Shown here: positions 46,963 through 57,866 of the stretch, one piece after another | Position numbering within the stretch: position 1 is the stretch's first letter | How the letters are laid out: the number at the start of each line of letters is the position of its first letter | Origin: Penicillus capitatus | Taxonomy: Eukaryota; Plantae; Chlorophyta | Length of the DNA stretch: 64,000 nucleotides | Assembly (NCBI GenBank): GCA_965649825.1 | Contig: OZ287694.1 | Location: 2,150,540-2,214,539, forward strand | Reading direction: 5' to 3' | Translations under genes and position numbers: made by a program | The notes under the pieces: generated by a model | Databases searched by the model: none | What the model was told of the DNA's origin: nothing | What the model saw: only the letters and a program-made list of their open reading frames with translations

Positions 46963-48172
46963 GTGCAACAGCTGGTTTCGGAGCCGCGTTTACGATGGCG
47001 CATAAGCTTCTTTTGTGCGCGACTAATCGCAGAAGCGGTACGCACTCGTTCTGGCGCTGGAGAAGCCCCTCACGAAGCGTCTTCTCAATCAACGGGCTCC
47101 TCAACGGCGAGCTCAAACGACGTAAATTCAGAAGGTCAGGAGGGATGGTGGCGATGGCTTTTGTCAACGCTCATGAGAGCGCGACCGTCGCCAATTGTAA
47201 TTCCGCTGGCTGACCCAGAAGTAGACCAATGCCGAGGGGTGGTACAGTGCGTCGCAGAAGTCCTGTCGACTTTGGCCAACGCTAGTTGGTTCATCAGAAC
47301 CTAGATACTTCGCTTGCTTCAGGACCCTACAACCTGGATCTATCAACTTCATTATAGAATTTAGAAGGATTTAGAACTGTCTGAGGAAATCCGGAGGGTC
47401 GAACACGCCATTGTGGGATTCATATTATGGACGTTGATGGTGAATGCGATGGTATGGTCAGGATTGCATGCAGGCAGTCCGAGGACGTGGGCACCTAGAG
47501 TATGGACGCAATTCATAAGGATTCCCGTCGTAGCCTTGTGAAATGAAATAGCAGAACAATTGAGAAAGGTCAACAAAGAGGATCCAGAAGTGTTGAGACA
47601 GCGGAAAGAGATTGAAGAGCTCAAGTCGGCTGCACAGGACAAACCCAAGAGTGATGAGACGCAGTGGGCAATGATTTCAGTGGAGCTACAGGATATCCGC
47701 CGATAGATGCGGAATCCATCACAGCAGTCCTCTACATCAGCGGTCGAGCCTGCGTCTCGCAAACTCTACTATCTACAGGCTACTGTCGGAGGCAACGAGA
47801 AGCATGTAGTGCGTTTTCTTGTCGATAGCGGCGCTGTTCAGAATATTTTGACGAGTCAATTCTGTGAGGAAGCAACTATCATGGCGACGCCAATCCAGAC
47901 AGAGGAAAGAGTGGCGGCGTTTACGGGACAACCATGCAGGGTGCTCGGAGGAGTCAATATTCCAGTCTGTGTAGCAACACAAGAGAAAACAATCGACTTT
48001 ACTGTTGTAGAGAGTTCTGTGGTCCCTATTTGGCCTACCAACACTTCAAGCCTTTGGCTTTTCCGTCGACTGTCAACACGACGCTCTAAGGCTTTCCGAT
48101 GGACGTCAAGTATTTTGCGCGGCCGTCGCCACTGGGGCGGTCACGGAAGAAAAAAAAACTGAGGGCCCCTAA
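46963..48172 (+). mobile_element. Decayed Ty3/gypsy-like gag-protease reading frame
   Basis: One frame from 46963 to ~48030 is broken only by TAG, TAG, TGA, TAG and ends in a retropepsin (RFLVDSGAVQNILT...DFTVVESSVVPI). After a frameshift it continues GLPTLQAFGFSVDCQHDALRL. Confidence 0.7.
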
Positions 48173-48189
48173 GCCTGAGGCTTCGGGGC
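48153..48189 (+). promoter_or_regulatory. Candidate -1 ribosomal frameshift signal (slippery heptamer plus hairpin)
   Basis: A-AAA-AAC (48153-48159), then TGA, then a hairpin GCCCC-T-AAGCC-TGA-GGCTT-C-GGGGC (48165-48189), right after the protease domain. Confidence 0.45.
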
Positions 48190-48546
48190 TACAGAACTAG
48201 AGTCGTTGTATGCCACCGGAGGCGGCCGTACGCATTCTCATCACAGAATTGGTGGCACGTGGAGTGAGAGTCGTGAACAAGGGGAATAGAGTCTTGATCC
48301 CACTTGCAAGGACTTTAATGTTGTGTCCGTTACAGAGCCGCTTACTGGTGCTCCCATTCAAGATCGAAGGCAGTGGACTCAGAGGGATTGTCTCTACATC
48401 TCAGATATCAGGTCTTTTCATATCTCCGATAAGTCTTCGTCGTAATCGCATCGTTCGTCGAGTGAGCGACACATTCCCCATCTATGTATGTCTCCTACAG
48501 TTAGTTCACACGCTACCCTGCGATATAAACTCCAACACTTTCGAAA

Positions 48547-48840
48547 TCAAATAAACGGCTAAAGCGAATCTATGTGCGTTTGAATCGTTTTCCCTTGATC
48601 ACTGCTGAAAACCTCACGAATGTGTGTTGAAACATGCTTTGTAACTTCATAAGGACATTGCCGAAATGGATCAAATTTCTTGTCAAGTGCTTCGAATGTC
48701 TAGTGATCGAAAACCCATGCTTTTGATCCCACAGGGTAGAGAGATCCTTCTTTCTTTTGTCGTTTTATCATCATCTTTCTTGTTTCTTCAAAGCTTCTCT
48801 GGATTTGCATGTGCACGGTTCTTGATTCCTCATTTACTTC
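48547..48840 (-). mobile_element. Decayed Ty3/gypsy integrase C-terminal (GPY/F, SH3-like) fragment
   Basis: LYPVGSKAWVFDH*TFEALDKKFDPFRQCPYEVTK...TIQTHIDSL*PF resembles the F-x-VGD-x-V...KL-x-P-x-W-x-GPY-x-V...VH-x-D-x-LKPF pattern. Two in-frame stops. Confidence 0.65.
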
Positions 48841-49515
48841 GCTTCGCCTTCGCCTTCGCCTTCCTGACAATAGTCTTCCACGCAACCATCACTGCATTCT
48901 TGCTGGTGACTTTGTTGAAATTCAGTTGCCCGTCTTTGAGGACCTGACTCCTCAGGCTCGACGCATTTTCTGCTCGACATTCGTCTGTCGTCTGGGAACT
49001 GTAGATGGAATTGACATAGTCAACGTCCATGTAGGAGTCGACATCTTTCTAGCTGAAGGTATCCTCTGATGCCAGTCTCATCCAATCTATTTAGTTCCTC
49101 ACTCTTGCTTCAAGCTTATCAAGATCAGCGTTCGAAAACTTCGTTCCGCACATTTGTCTTTGGATCTCTTTGGACAGCTAACAAAATAAGATGTGCGTTG
49201 CCCGAGTCTCAGTAACCTTCGCCGACTTCGTGTGGTTGTCGGCAACTCGATGGAACCGTAAAACTTCACTCTCCCGCCTCTTGATATCGACGGGGCTGCT
49301 TGACAGCGACGGTGCATCTGTTCGCTGCGCACGACCTGCTGCAGAACGACCGTTCATCCCTCTCGTAAGCCGACTCCCGAATTCCACGCTCAGGTCTCCG
49401 ACGCAGACGCGGAATCGCGGCCGACGTGAAGCCCGGACCCGGCGAATCCCGCCTGTCGCTCAAAAGATACGGAGCATGCTTTCTTGAAGTTGAGATTCCA
49501 CCACAGTGGCCGTTC

Positions 49516-50039
49516 ATGAGTCCGTTATCTCACTCTTTTCTGATGTTGTGACCTCCGGTGTTTGTCAGGTAAATGGTGGATAATTATGCTCATTGCGTTT
49601 AGCACCATCTTCCTGGCATCTCTCGGAGTCGTCTGCTACGCGTCGTACCTCGTCATCTCACACATCATCGATCAAGGTACACACTTTCCTGATGGAGTGA
49701 CCTTGATGCCTGCTTCTAGGGGATCACTGCCGCATCTTCATTTTAGTGCCATTCTGGGCGATCGTTATCGCCATGCCCTTTGTCTTCTGCCTGGTACTCT
49801 TTGACCGCCAGTACCTGAGGGTCACGTATACCGATTTCGAGATCAGAAGTACAATGGGACTGCCGGATCGCCGCCCGTCGGAGGTCGATGATCCAGAGAC
49901 TGGGTGGCGAGCTTCTGCCATCGACAGACGCTTGAGGACGCAGGTGAAAGGCAAGACGAAATACCTCCAGAGAGCAGGGGCGAGTGGAGAAGATCTCTCT
50001 CTAAACAGAAACCACCGTTTGCTGATCTCAGGTGGATGA
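49516..50039 (+). CDS. Small two-TM membrane protein, hypothetical; 2 introns
   Basis: Spliced MS|KWWIIMLIAFSTIFLASLGVVCYASYLVISHIIDQ|GDHCRIFILVPFWAIVIAMPFVFCLVLFDRQY... with GT-AG introns in consistent phase. Confidence 0.5.
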
Positions 50040-50621
50040 CAAATGGACCGGTTGTTCAAAGCTGAGCGTCCTGCTCCTGGACGAAAGCCCCAAGACACAC
50101 CTGGTTTTCCCAAGTCTTTCCAACGCGGAGCAGCAATGGATCGCAGAGGAGGTCAATACTGTCCTAGCGAATATCCGAAACAACGTGCCGATGAGCCCAT
50201 GAGCTGATCTCCACACACTGGTTGCATTTCTTAGTTCATTTCATCTTTGTTACTTGGCACGTCAGCTAAAACGCCGTTAGTGATTAGAATGACATTATCA
50301 GTTGTCGTAACGTATGATAGAGTTGTGAAATGACAAACGGAGCGATTTTCAGACAGGATCCAAGCTCACGCGCTTCTGGCTCATAAGTTGAGCAATTTAA
50401 GATGAACTCAGTTTCCGAATCTTGTGAAATGAACGTGTTCTTGAACAATTGTGTTGCCACGTGTTGCCATCTTGATGAACACACCGTCGTTGCCTGCATC
50501 CTTCAGAGACATTGACGTCACATCGTGTAGCCTAAGGGGCACATCACGAGAGGTCGGTCCACGATGTCTGTCGTGCAGCTAGATGATGTGACGTGGACAT
50601 CTGACATCGCTCTCCTGCGCC

Positions 50622-51833
50622 ATGAACTTCGCAGCGGCGGCCAAGCGCGACAACACGCCCAAGGAGCTGAAGTCCGTTCAGCTGACGGGCCTCGCCGCGG
50701 TCAAGATTCAGAAGCACTGCAACGACAGTCTGCCCAGTCTCGTCACCGGACAGCTTCTCGGTCTCGACGTGGGCACGACGCTCGAAGTCACCGACTGCTT
50801 TCCCTTTCCCGTACGTCTGTCCAAGCCAGCCCACTGCCCGACCGTCGTTTCCGCAGAGCATTGGGGCGGAGGATGAGAGCGGCGCGCCGGAAACGGCCAA
50901 TTACCAGCTCGAGATGATGCGTTGTTTGCGGGAGGTGAACGTGGACAACAACACCGTCGGATGGTAGGCGCTGCGAAGCTGCCTGCGGATCCATCACCTT
51001 CGCCTGTCTGCCTGTTAGGTACCAGTCCACGAACTTCGGCTCCTTTGAGACCATCGAGCTGCTGGACACCTTCGTCAACTACCACGAATCCATCCGCCGA
51101 TGCGTCTGCGTCGTCTACGATCCACAGGCCGCCAGATCTGGACAACTGGGTACCCAGTGGCGCACCCACGGTCGATCACATGGATCTATCTCATTTGTGT
51201 GACAGGACTGAGGGCCATTCGACTGCGCGAGGCCTTCATTGAGATGTACACGTCGACGGAGCATCTGACGGCCGAGAAGCTGAAGATGCAAGGACTGACG
51301 TGGAACTCGATCTTCGTCGAGATTCCCATCTGCGTTCAGAACTCCACCCTCGTCCAGTCGTTCATGCTGGGCCTCGATCGCTCGGGGGCCATGAAGCGCG
51401 ATGACCTCAACCGCCTCAACCTGGATGTCACGCACTTCATCGACCAGTCGCTGTCGTTCCTCGGCGAATGCGTCGACGACCTCATGCAGGAGCAGAAGAA
51501 GGTGCCTTCCGCCGATCGGACGGCCGGAGTGTGGGATCCGGGTCCTGTCTGTAGATGACCGCCTATCACAAGAACGTGGTCAAACAGCAGCAGCAGTATC
51601 AGCAGTGGCTTCAGCAGAGACGCGCGGAGAATGCACAGCGACGGACTGCGGGCGAGGATCCGCTTCCGGAGGAGGATCCCAATCTCTTCAAGCAACTGGT
51701 GGAACCGAGTCCGATCGATGCCTGTCTCATCACGCATCAAATGAGCAACTACGCGGACCAGGTTTGCGAGGCGACGGGGCTGAACATGGAGAAGCTCCAT
51801 CTGTCCGACGGCCTCCAGAAGACGAAGATCTAA
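50622..51833 (+). CDS. EIF3H: Eukaryotic translation initiation factor 3 subunit H; multi-exon
   Basis: VQLTGLAAVKIQKHC...VTGQLLGLDVGTTLEVTDCFPFP, YQLEMMRCLREVNVDNNTVGWYQST, EEDPNLFK, LITHQMSNY. Stop TAA at 51831-51833. Confidence 0.95.
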
Positions 51834-51986
51834 CACGGGTAATATTAAACAAACAAGCGTACATACAACCACAGAGAGCAAGCAGCTACACGACAGAGAC
51901 CGAGAATCATCAAGAATAAGTGACAGCGATGCGACTGTCGAAGAGAGAGAAGCACGGAATGTCGGAACGCAAGTCATTCCGTGCGG

Positions 51987-53460
51987 CTACTCCATTTCTA
52001 GGAAGTTAAGATAACGCTTCTGAGTACACGGACCTCCTGTAAAGCGTCGTGCGATGAAAAGAGTGAGAAGTGTGACCGTCGTACCTTTGACGGGGTCGAA
52101 CTCGACTTGATAGAAAGAGCCCTTCTGGTTGAGGACGTAGACAGAGTTGGGAGACTGGCCAAAGGCAACGACCGACCAGCAGTCCTCCGGGACACGAAAC
52201 TGGGCGAGAGACCACTCCGATTGGAAGTAGTTTGGCAGAGGGACGATTCCCTGCAACAGCAACGTCACATCATGCGCGATCGCTTATGGACAGCTTCCTC
52301 ACTCGGACGTACGACAGCATCGAGGACATCGTCTGCGTGACAGCGTGATTGTTGGGCGCCTCTTCCTCGTCGCTCCGCTGATGGGACGTCGTGAAACAGC
52401 GCAGCGGGAAGATATGCACCGTCCCTGGGTGTGACATGAGAGTGAGATCGGAGGCAACGCATGCGAGGCTGTGCCTTTGTCGCTGGAGACGGCCAGGTAG
52501 TCGCAGCTCCTCGAGATGGCGATGCTGAAGATGACGGCGGTGTCCAGGCCACGACGGACTTCTTGGAGGATGTTCGTCGTCGCGGTGTTCCACACGCGAA
52601 TCAGCGTTCCCCGCTCAGAAGCGGTGGCCAGGATGCGTCCGTCCAACGAGAGCTCCAGACAGGAGACCGCCGAATCGTGCGCACTGATGAACCGCGTTGC
52701 CGCCCGATCGTACAGCTCCACGCGCACCTGCACACGATCTCATCTTTCCTGGCGCTTTTCCAACGTCTTGGTCACTTTTCCGGATTGAAGACCGGGACAG
52801 GCCAGGACGGTGGCATCTGGGTGACACGACAAGGCGACGAGACCTGGGGAAGAGTGACGGTGCTGGCACGAGCGAGAGCGTGTGACCTCGGCTGTTGGGT
52901 GCGGTCTCGATGGTGTGCAGAAGATTCAGATCAGCAAAATTGTAGACAGAGACTTTGGACTCTTGACAGACGACGATTCGATCGCGGCGCAGTCGCACGG
53001 AGCGCACCTTCAGACGTCACATCCCGCTGGGATCACCTCGCAGCTCTGGGAGTGCACTCCGACGCACCTGGGTTCTGAAGCTCAATTCCGCAATGCACTT
53101 CCTCTGGTCGTCATCCCAAATCATCACCTATCGCCTCAGAGAGTGAGAAGGAGTGAGAAACTGGATGTTGGTACGTTCGTGGGCGGAAAACGAGGCGTCA
53201 CGCCCCCGCCCGAGAGTGCGAGAATGTTGCAGCGAAACAGCATCTGGACGAGGCCGACGCCGCCCGTCTCAAAGTCGCGGCGAAACTACACATCATGATG
53301 TGACGTGTCCTCGAGGGCCACAGCCGCGCAGGACCAGTCTCTTGAAAGGTTCGCAGGAGAAGATTCGGAATCCGCCGCTCGTGCCGCAGGCGAAGCACGA
53401 GGCATCTTGATTGAAGCCAAAGTCGAGTAGGGTGTCGTCGACGTCCTGAAACGCCTCCAT
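51987..53460 (-). CDS. ATG18: Autophagy protein ATG18/WIPI (PROPPIN beta-propeller); multi-exon including one GC-AG intron
   Basis: [65 protein letters not shown] (FRRG-type lipid motif), [23 protein letters not shown]. Confidence 0.93.
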
Positions 53461-53570
53461 TGCGAGAACGACGCGCTGGCGACGCGGGTCGCTCGAACGT
53501 GGCACGAGAATATCCGACGACGATGTGACTGTTCACATCATTCATTGTACGAATCGACAATGACGGCACT

Positions 53571-55725
53571 TCACAGACGCACTTCGCTTGGGAGACAGGT
53601 CAGCAGCTTCCCCTGACGGTCAACAACGTAATGGTTAGGCAATGGAATGCAGAGGTTGGCACAGAGCTCGGGGAGATGCACCACGTTGCCTCCCTAAAGG
53701 GCATAGAATGGGAACAGAGCACGAGGAGCGAGATGATCGGACAGCGACATGGAAGTGCGACGTGAAGGCGTAGATCTACAGAGCCACGATGAGACAGAAG
53801 AGAGAAGAATGCGTGAGACTCTGCCTTGAGCGAAGTCTGGGCGTCGGGCGGCAGCTGTCGGTAGCGTTGAATGATGGCACTCCCCGCGAAGTTACCCTTT
53901 GCCTTCTCGCAATCATCCCAGATCTAGAGAAGACCGTCTCCGTCTAGATCTCGCACTTTACGGAGAGACCATCAGGCGAAATTGTGCGAGATTCAATTCG
54001 CCTCTGTGCAACATGCTCTCGATCATGCCGGGAGTGGCGATGACGACGTTTGCTCTGAGAGGGATGGACACGCCACGGCTGCGCTTCTCCTGCGATCCCC
54101 CTTTGCCCACGAGCAGTTCTGTCCTCAAACGGTCCAGATTGAAACGACACTGGACGATTCCGAGCACGGTGACGAGTTCCGTGGCCTGCTCTCTGGTCGA
54201 GGTCACGATCACGGCCGTTGTCGGCTCAACATCCAGGAGCAACCTGGAAATAAACGACGCCTCGTCGAGAAAAGAGTGAGAAACAGTGTCCCGCAGACTT
54301 GATCATCTCGAAGTAGGTGGCGACCTTCTCTGTCCTCGGCAGTCGAAACAGCCAGTTCTCGCCGTTTGTGATCTTTTCGAGGATGGTCTCCTGATGTGGC
54401 GTCTCGATGATGGAACGCCGCTGCTGCAGATCGCGCAGAAGCTGCCCCGGAGGCGGGGGAGGCGGTAGCGAAGCCGCACGAAACGCATCTTTCACTTTCT
54501 GGAGGCCGAATCTCTCGACCACCCGTCTCAACGAACTCTCGGCATTTTCAGCAGAGAAGAGCACAGAAATGGCCTTCTTCCGCTCGCTTTCGTCGCACGA
54601 CAGCTTCGCAGCATCTCTCTTGCGCATCTCGACAAACGGATTCGCCGGCGATGTCTTCTTCGGCACCGACTGAGGCAAAGGACGAAACGCGGCGCCTGAT
54701 GGTTCGAGTCCCGCACGCCGAGCCTCGTGCAGATTTGGAGGGAGCACTGGATGGGCGGGACGCTGCCTGAACGACGGCACGGAGCTGCCAGAGCTGTTCC
54801 TCGAAGAGCGAGACGCCGCATGAAACGATCGTGGCGGCGGCAGGTCTGCGATCTCGTGGAAACGCACTTGATACACCGCACGTGATCGATCCACACAGAA
54901 GACGGTGGACCCCTCGGCACCGGTCACGCTCGTCTCGCTCCTTGAATAAATCAGACCTGCAAAGGGGGTGAGAAATCGGCCAGAATGAGGGCGAGCACCT
55001 CTGACGTTGAGTTTTCGGGGCGCGGCAGTGCAGAACCCGTTCTCGGTAGAGCGCCGGACGACGACATGACCGTCGATCTCGTCGTGAACGCCGCGGATCT
55101 GCACCACATGGTCGCAGGGAGGAGGCGTGGACGACGGCTTCATGTCGAAGACGATGTCAGATCCCAGCTGCTGGACGCGCGTGATGGCAAAGGACGACCT
55201 GGCCGTCGTCACCGGGACAATTCTCCGCGCACGTGCAATGTAGTACTAACCCAGACAGATTACCTCACGTCACGTCATTTAATGTGTGACATCTCATACC
55301 TTGGCAACGGCGCTGCGACCGAGCTGGCGCGTGACGTTTGTTCTGTTTTGACAGATACGCGCCGCGACGTCGACCACAGGCGGCAGCCAGGCAGACGGCC
55401 CGAGATACTGCTCTCGTACCGTCGGGTCGACCAGTACGCTTCGCAGCGCCGGCACGCCGTCGGGCTGCGTCTGCTCGACGAAGACGAGCCCGCATCGCTC
55501 GCGATTCCACTCACGAAGGCGGTGCAGCGTATCCGTCACAATCACCAGCTTCTCGTTGACGTCCTGCCCCGTCGAGCGATAAGCGTAGACGGGACCCCGC
55601 GGCCCGTCGTCCTCCCAGTCGGTCGACGGACAGAGCGTCTCGGCGCCGGACATCAACAGCGCCTCGAACTCGGCCGGCGTCAACCATCGCTTGTCGACTG
55701 CTTGACGATTCGGCAGCGACGCCAT
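53571..55725 (-). CDS. Unusual fusion: CAMTA CG-1/TIG-like N-terminus plus a degenerate Dicer/RIG-I-like helicase Hel1 lobe; multi-exon
   Basis: N-terminal DKRWLTPAEFEALL is CG-1-like (weak). C-terminal NWLFRLPRTEKVAT, VIVTSTREQATE, NVVIATPG, FRLMV|xLDDCEKAKGN, IYAFTSHF, LPELCANL follow the RLR/Dicer motif order but lack GKT and DECH. Confidence 0.55.
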
Positions 55726-55759
55726 GGGGACGAATGACAGCGACAGGCGGAGGGCGTGA

Positions 55760-56672
55760 TTACAGATGTGACTTGTGTCTGGCCTTCTGGGCCATGCGAC
55801 GTCTCTTGCCCACACGACCACTCGAAAACGCCCGCATGTCGCCGGAACTCTCGGCGGTGTTGCCCTTCCCTCTGCGGGCCGGACCGAATCCACCGCTCCG
55901 TCCGTACTTGGCATCCTTGTACATGCGCTTTCGCGACTTCACCGCGGGCAGCGTCTTCGCCTTCTTCCGTCTCGGCGTCGCTTCGGCACGGTGCACTTCA
56001 TCCAGTGCGTGATCCCAGTCGAACTCCTGTCCGAAGCCCATGCGCTGGCGTTGCGTGCGCAGCTGCTCCACTCGGCGCGTTTTCTCCTTCTTGGTCGTCT
56101 GCTTCTCACGCTGCTTCGCCGCCTGGACCTGCTTGGCGAAGCGTCGAGCATCGCGCGCCTTTCGTCGCTGATCGGCTAGGGCAATGCGTTTCTGTTCGTA
56201 CTGCAGCTGATCTTTGATCCGAGCCATGTGCCGATCACTCTTGACCATCTCGGCGTAGTAGTCTTCCGGGCGCAGCCACGCCACGCCTTCGCGCTCCAGC
56301 TCCTTAATCCCGCACTTAGCGGCGGCCAACGCCTGCGATGCAAAAGAGTGAGAAGACGGGAGGGGGGGCGAAAGCGTCAGTCACACTTGCTGATAGAAAC
56401 GCAGTTCGCGTTGGAGGTCGTCGTCGACGTCCTGCACGTCGACCGGCTCCGCGCTCGTCACCTCCAGCGTCGCCCCGAACCCACTGTCGCTTGTCCATGC
56501 AAACTCCGCCAATTTCTCCTCCAGTCCTTCAGCGTCGTTGACGAACGCCTCGGGCGCGTTCGGCGCTTCCCTCTCCTGCACCGGTCCACTCGGCGATGCG
56601 TTGTTTTGGCATCGGGCGTACGATCTCGAAAACCGCGTCTTCTTCGTCGCTCGAGTCGAGGTACGTCGCCAT
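55760..56672 (-). CDS. EBP2: rRNA-processing protein EBP2; 1 intron
   Basis: DVDDDLQRELRFYQQ|...LRPEDYYAEMVKSDRHMARIK...ARRFAKQVQ...KDAKYGRSG. ATG at 56672, stop TAA at 55760-55762. Confidence 0.92.
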
Positions 56673-56731
56673 GGCGGCACGAGGCTTTGTGTTGTACGAC
56701 AGAGACGTAAGGCAGACGGCTTCGAGCGACC

Positions 56732-57647
56732 ATGGCTGCGCGCCGCTACGACTCACGCACGACGATATTCAGCCCGGAGGGGCGTCTCTACCAGGTCGAG
56801 TACGCCATGGAGGCCATATCCAATGCCGGCGCCGCGATCGGCGTCCTCGCGACGAACGGCATCGTCCTCGCTTCGGAGAAGAAAATATCGTCCAAGGTCG
56901 AAACGCCGCCCGCGTCTCACACCTCAGAATTTGTGTGACCTCTGGAGCTAGCTGCTCGACACGACGGCGGTCGGGGTTCGGCGCGAGAAGATGTATCAGT
57001 TGGACGACCACATCGCCTGTGCGGTGGCCGGGATCACGGCCGATGCCAACATCATCACCAACCAATGCCGCATCGCCGCACAGCGCTACCTCTACGCCTA
57101 CCAGGAGCCGATGCCGATCGAACAGCTCGTCCGAACCATCTGCGACACCAAACAGGCCTACACGCAATTCGGCGGACAGCGTCCCTTTGGCGTTTCCATC
57201 CTCTACGCCGGCTGGTACTCTCCTCTGGACACATGGCTGTGCGATGTGACGTGTGGTGTGCGAGGGATGATGTGTACGGGTATCAGATGTATGTCAGCGA
57301 CCCTTCGGGAAACTACAGTGGGTGGAAGGCAACGGCCATCGGCGCCAATCACCAGGCCGCGACGAACATCCTGAAACAGGACTACAGGGACAAGATGACG
57401 CTGGACGAGGCCGTCGCTCTGGCCATTCGCGTCCTCAGCAAGAGCATGGACTCCTCTCTGTCGCCCGAGAAAGTGGAGATGTGCACGCTGGCTCGCAACG
57501 ACGATACCGGCAAGGTCACGCGCAGTCTCGCACTTTCTCCGAAAACGACGGAGCTCATGTCTCCAGATCGTCTACAAGGTTTACGAGGCAGATGAACTCA
57601 TGCCTTTGCTCGAGGCGGCCAACAAAGAGAAGGAAGACACCTCATAA
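56732..57647 (+). CDS. PAC1: 20S proteasome subunit alpha-3 (PSMA4/PAC1); 3 introns
   Basis: [67 protein letters not shown]. Stop TAA at 57645-57647. Confidence 0.96.
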
Positions 57648-57866
57648 GCAAAGCGATTATACCACATTTGCATTGACATTGGTCCTTGTTCTTTCTATGC
57701 CTCGCTTTTATTGCTCGCACGAGGCTGCACGGACGATGCGCACAGTGAGACTATGTGAGTTTACCGAAACTACTGTCTTGAGTGTCCATCCATCATGCGC
57801 TTGAGGACAAAAGATTCAAAACGGGGCGACAAAGACGCCTTTCGAGGTCTTGGCATTGGGCAACGG

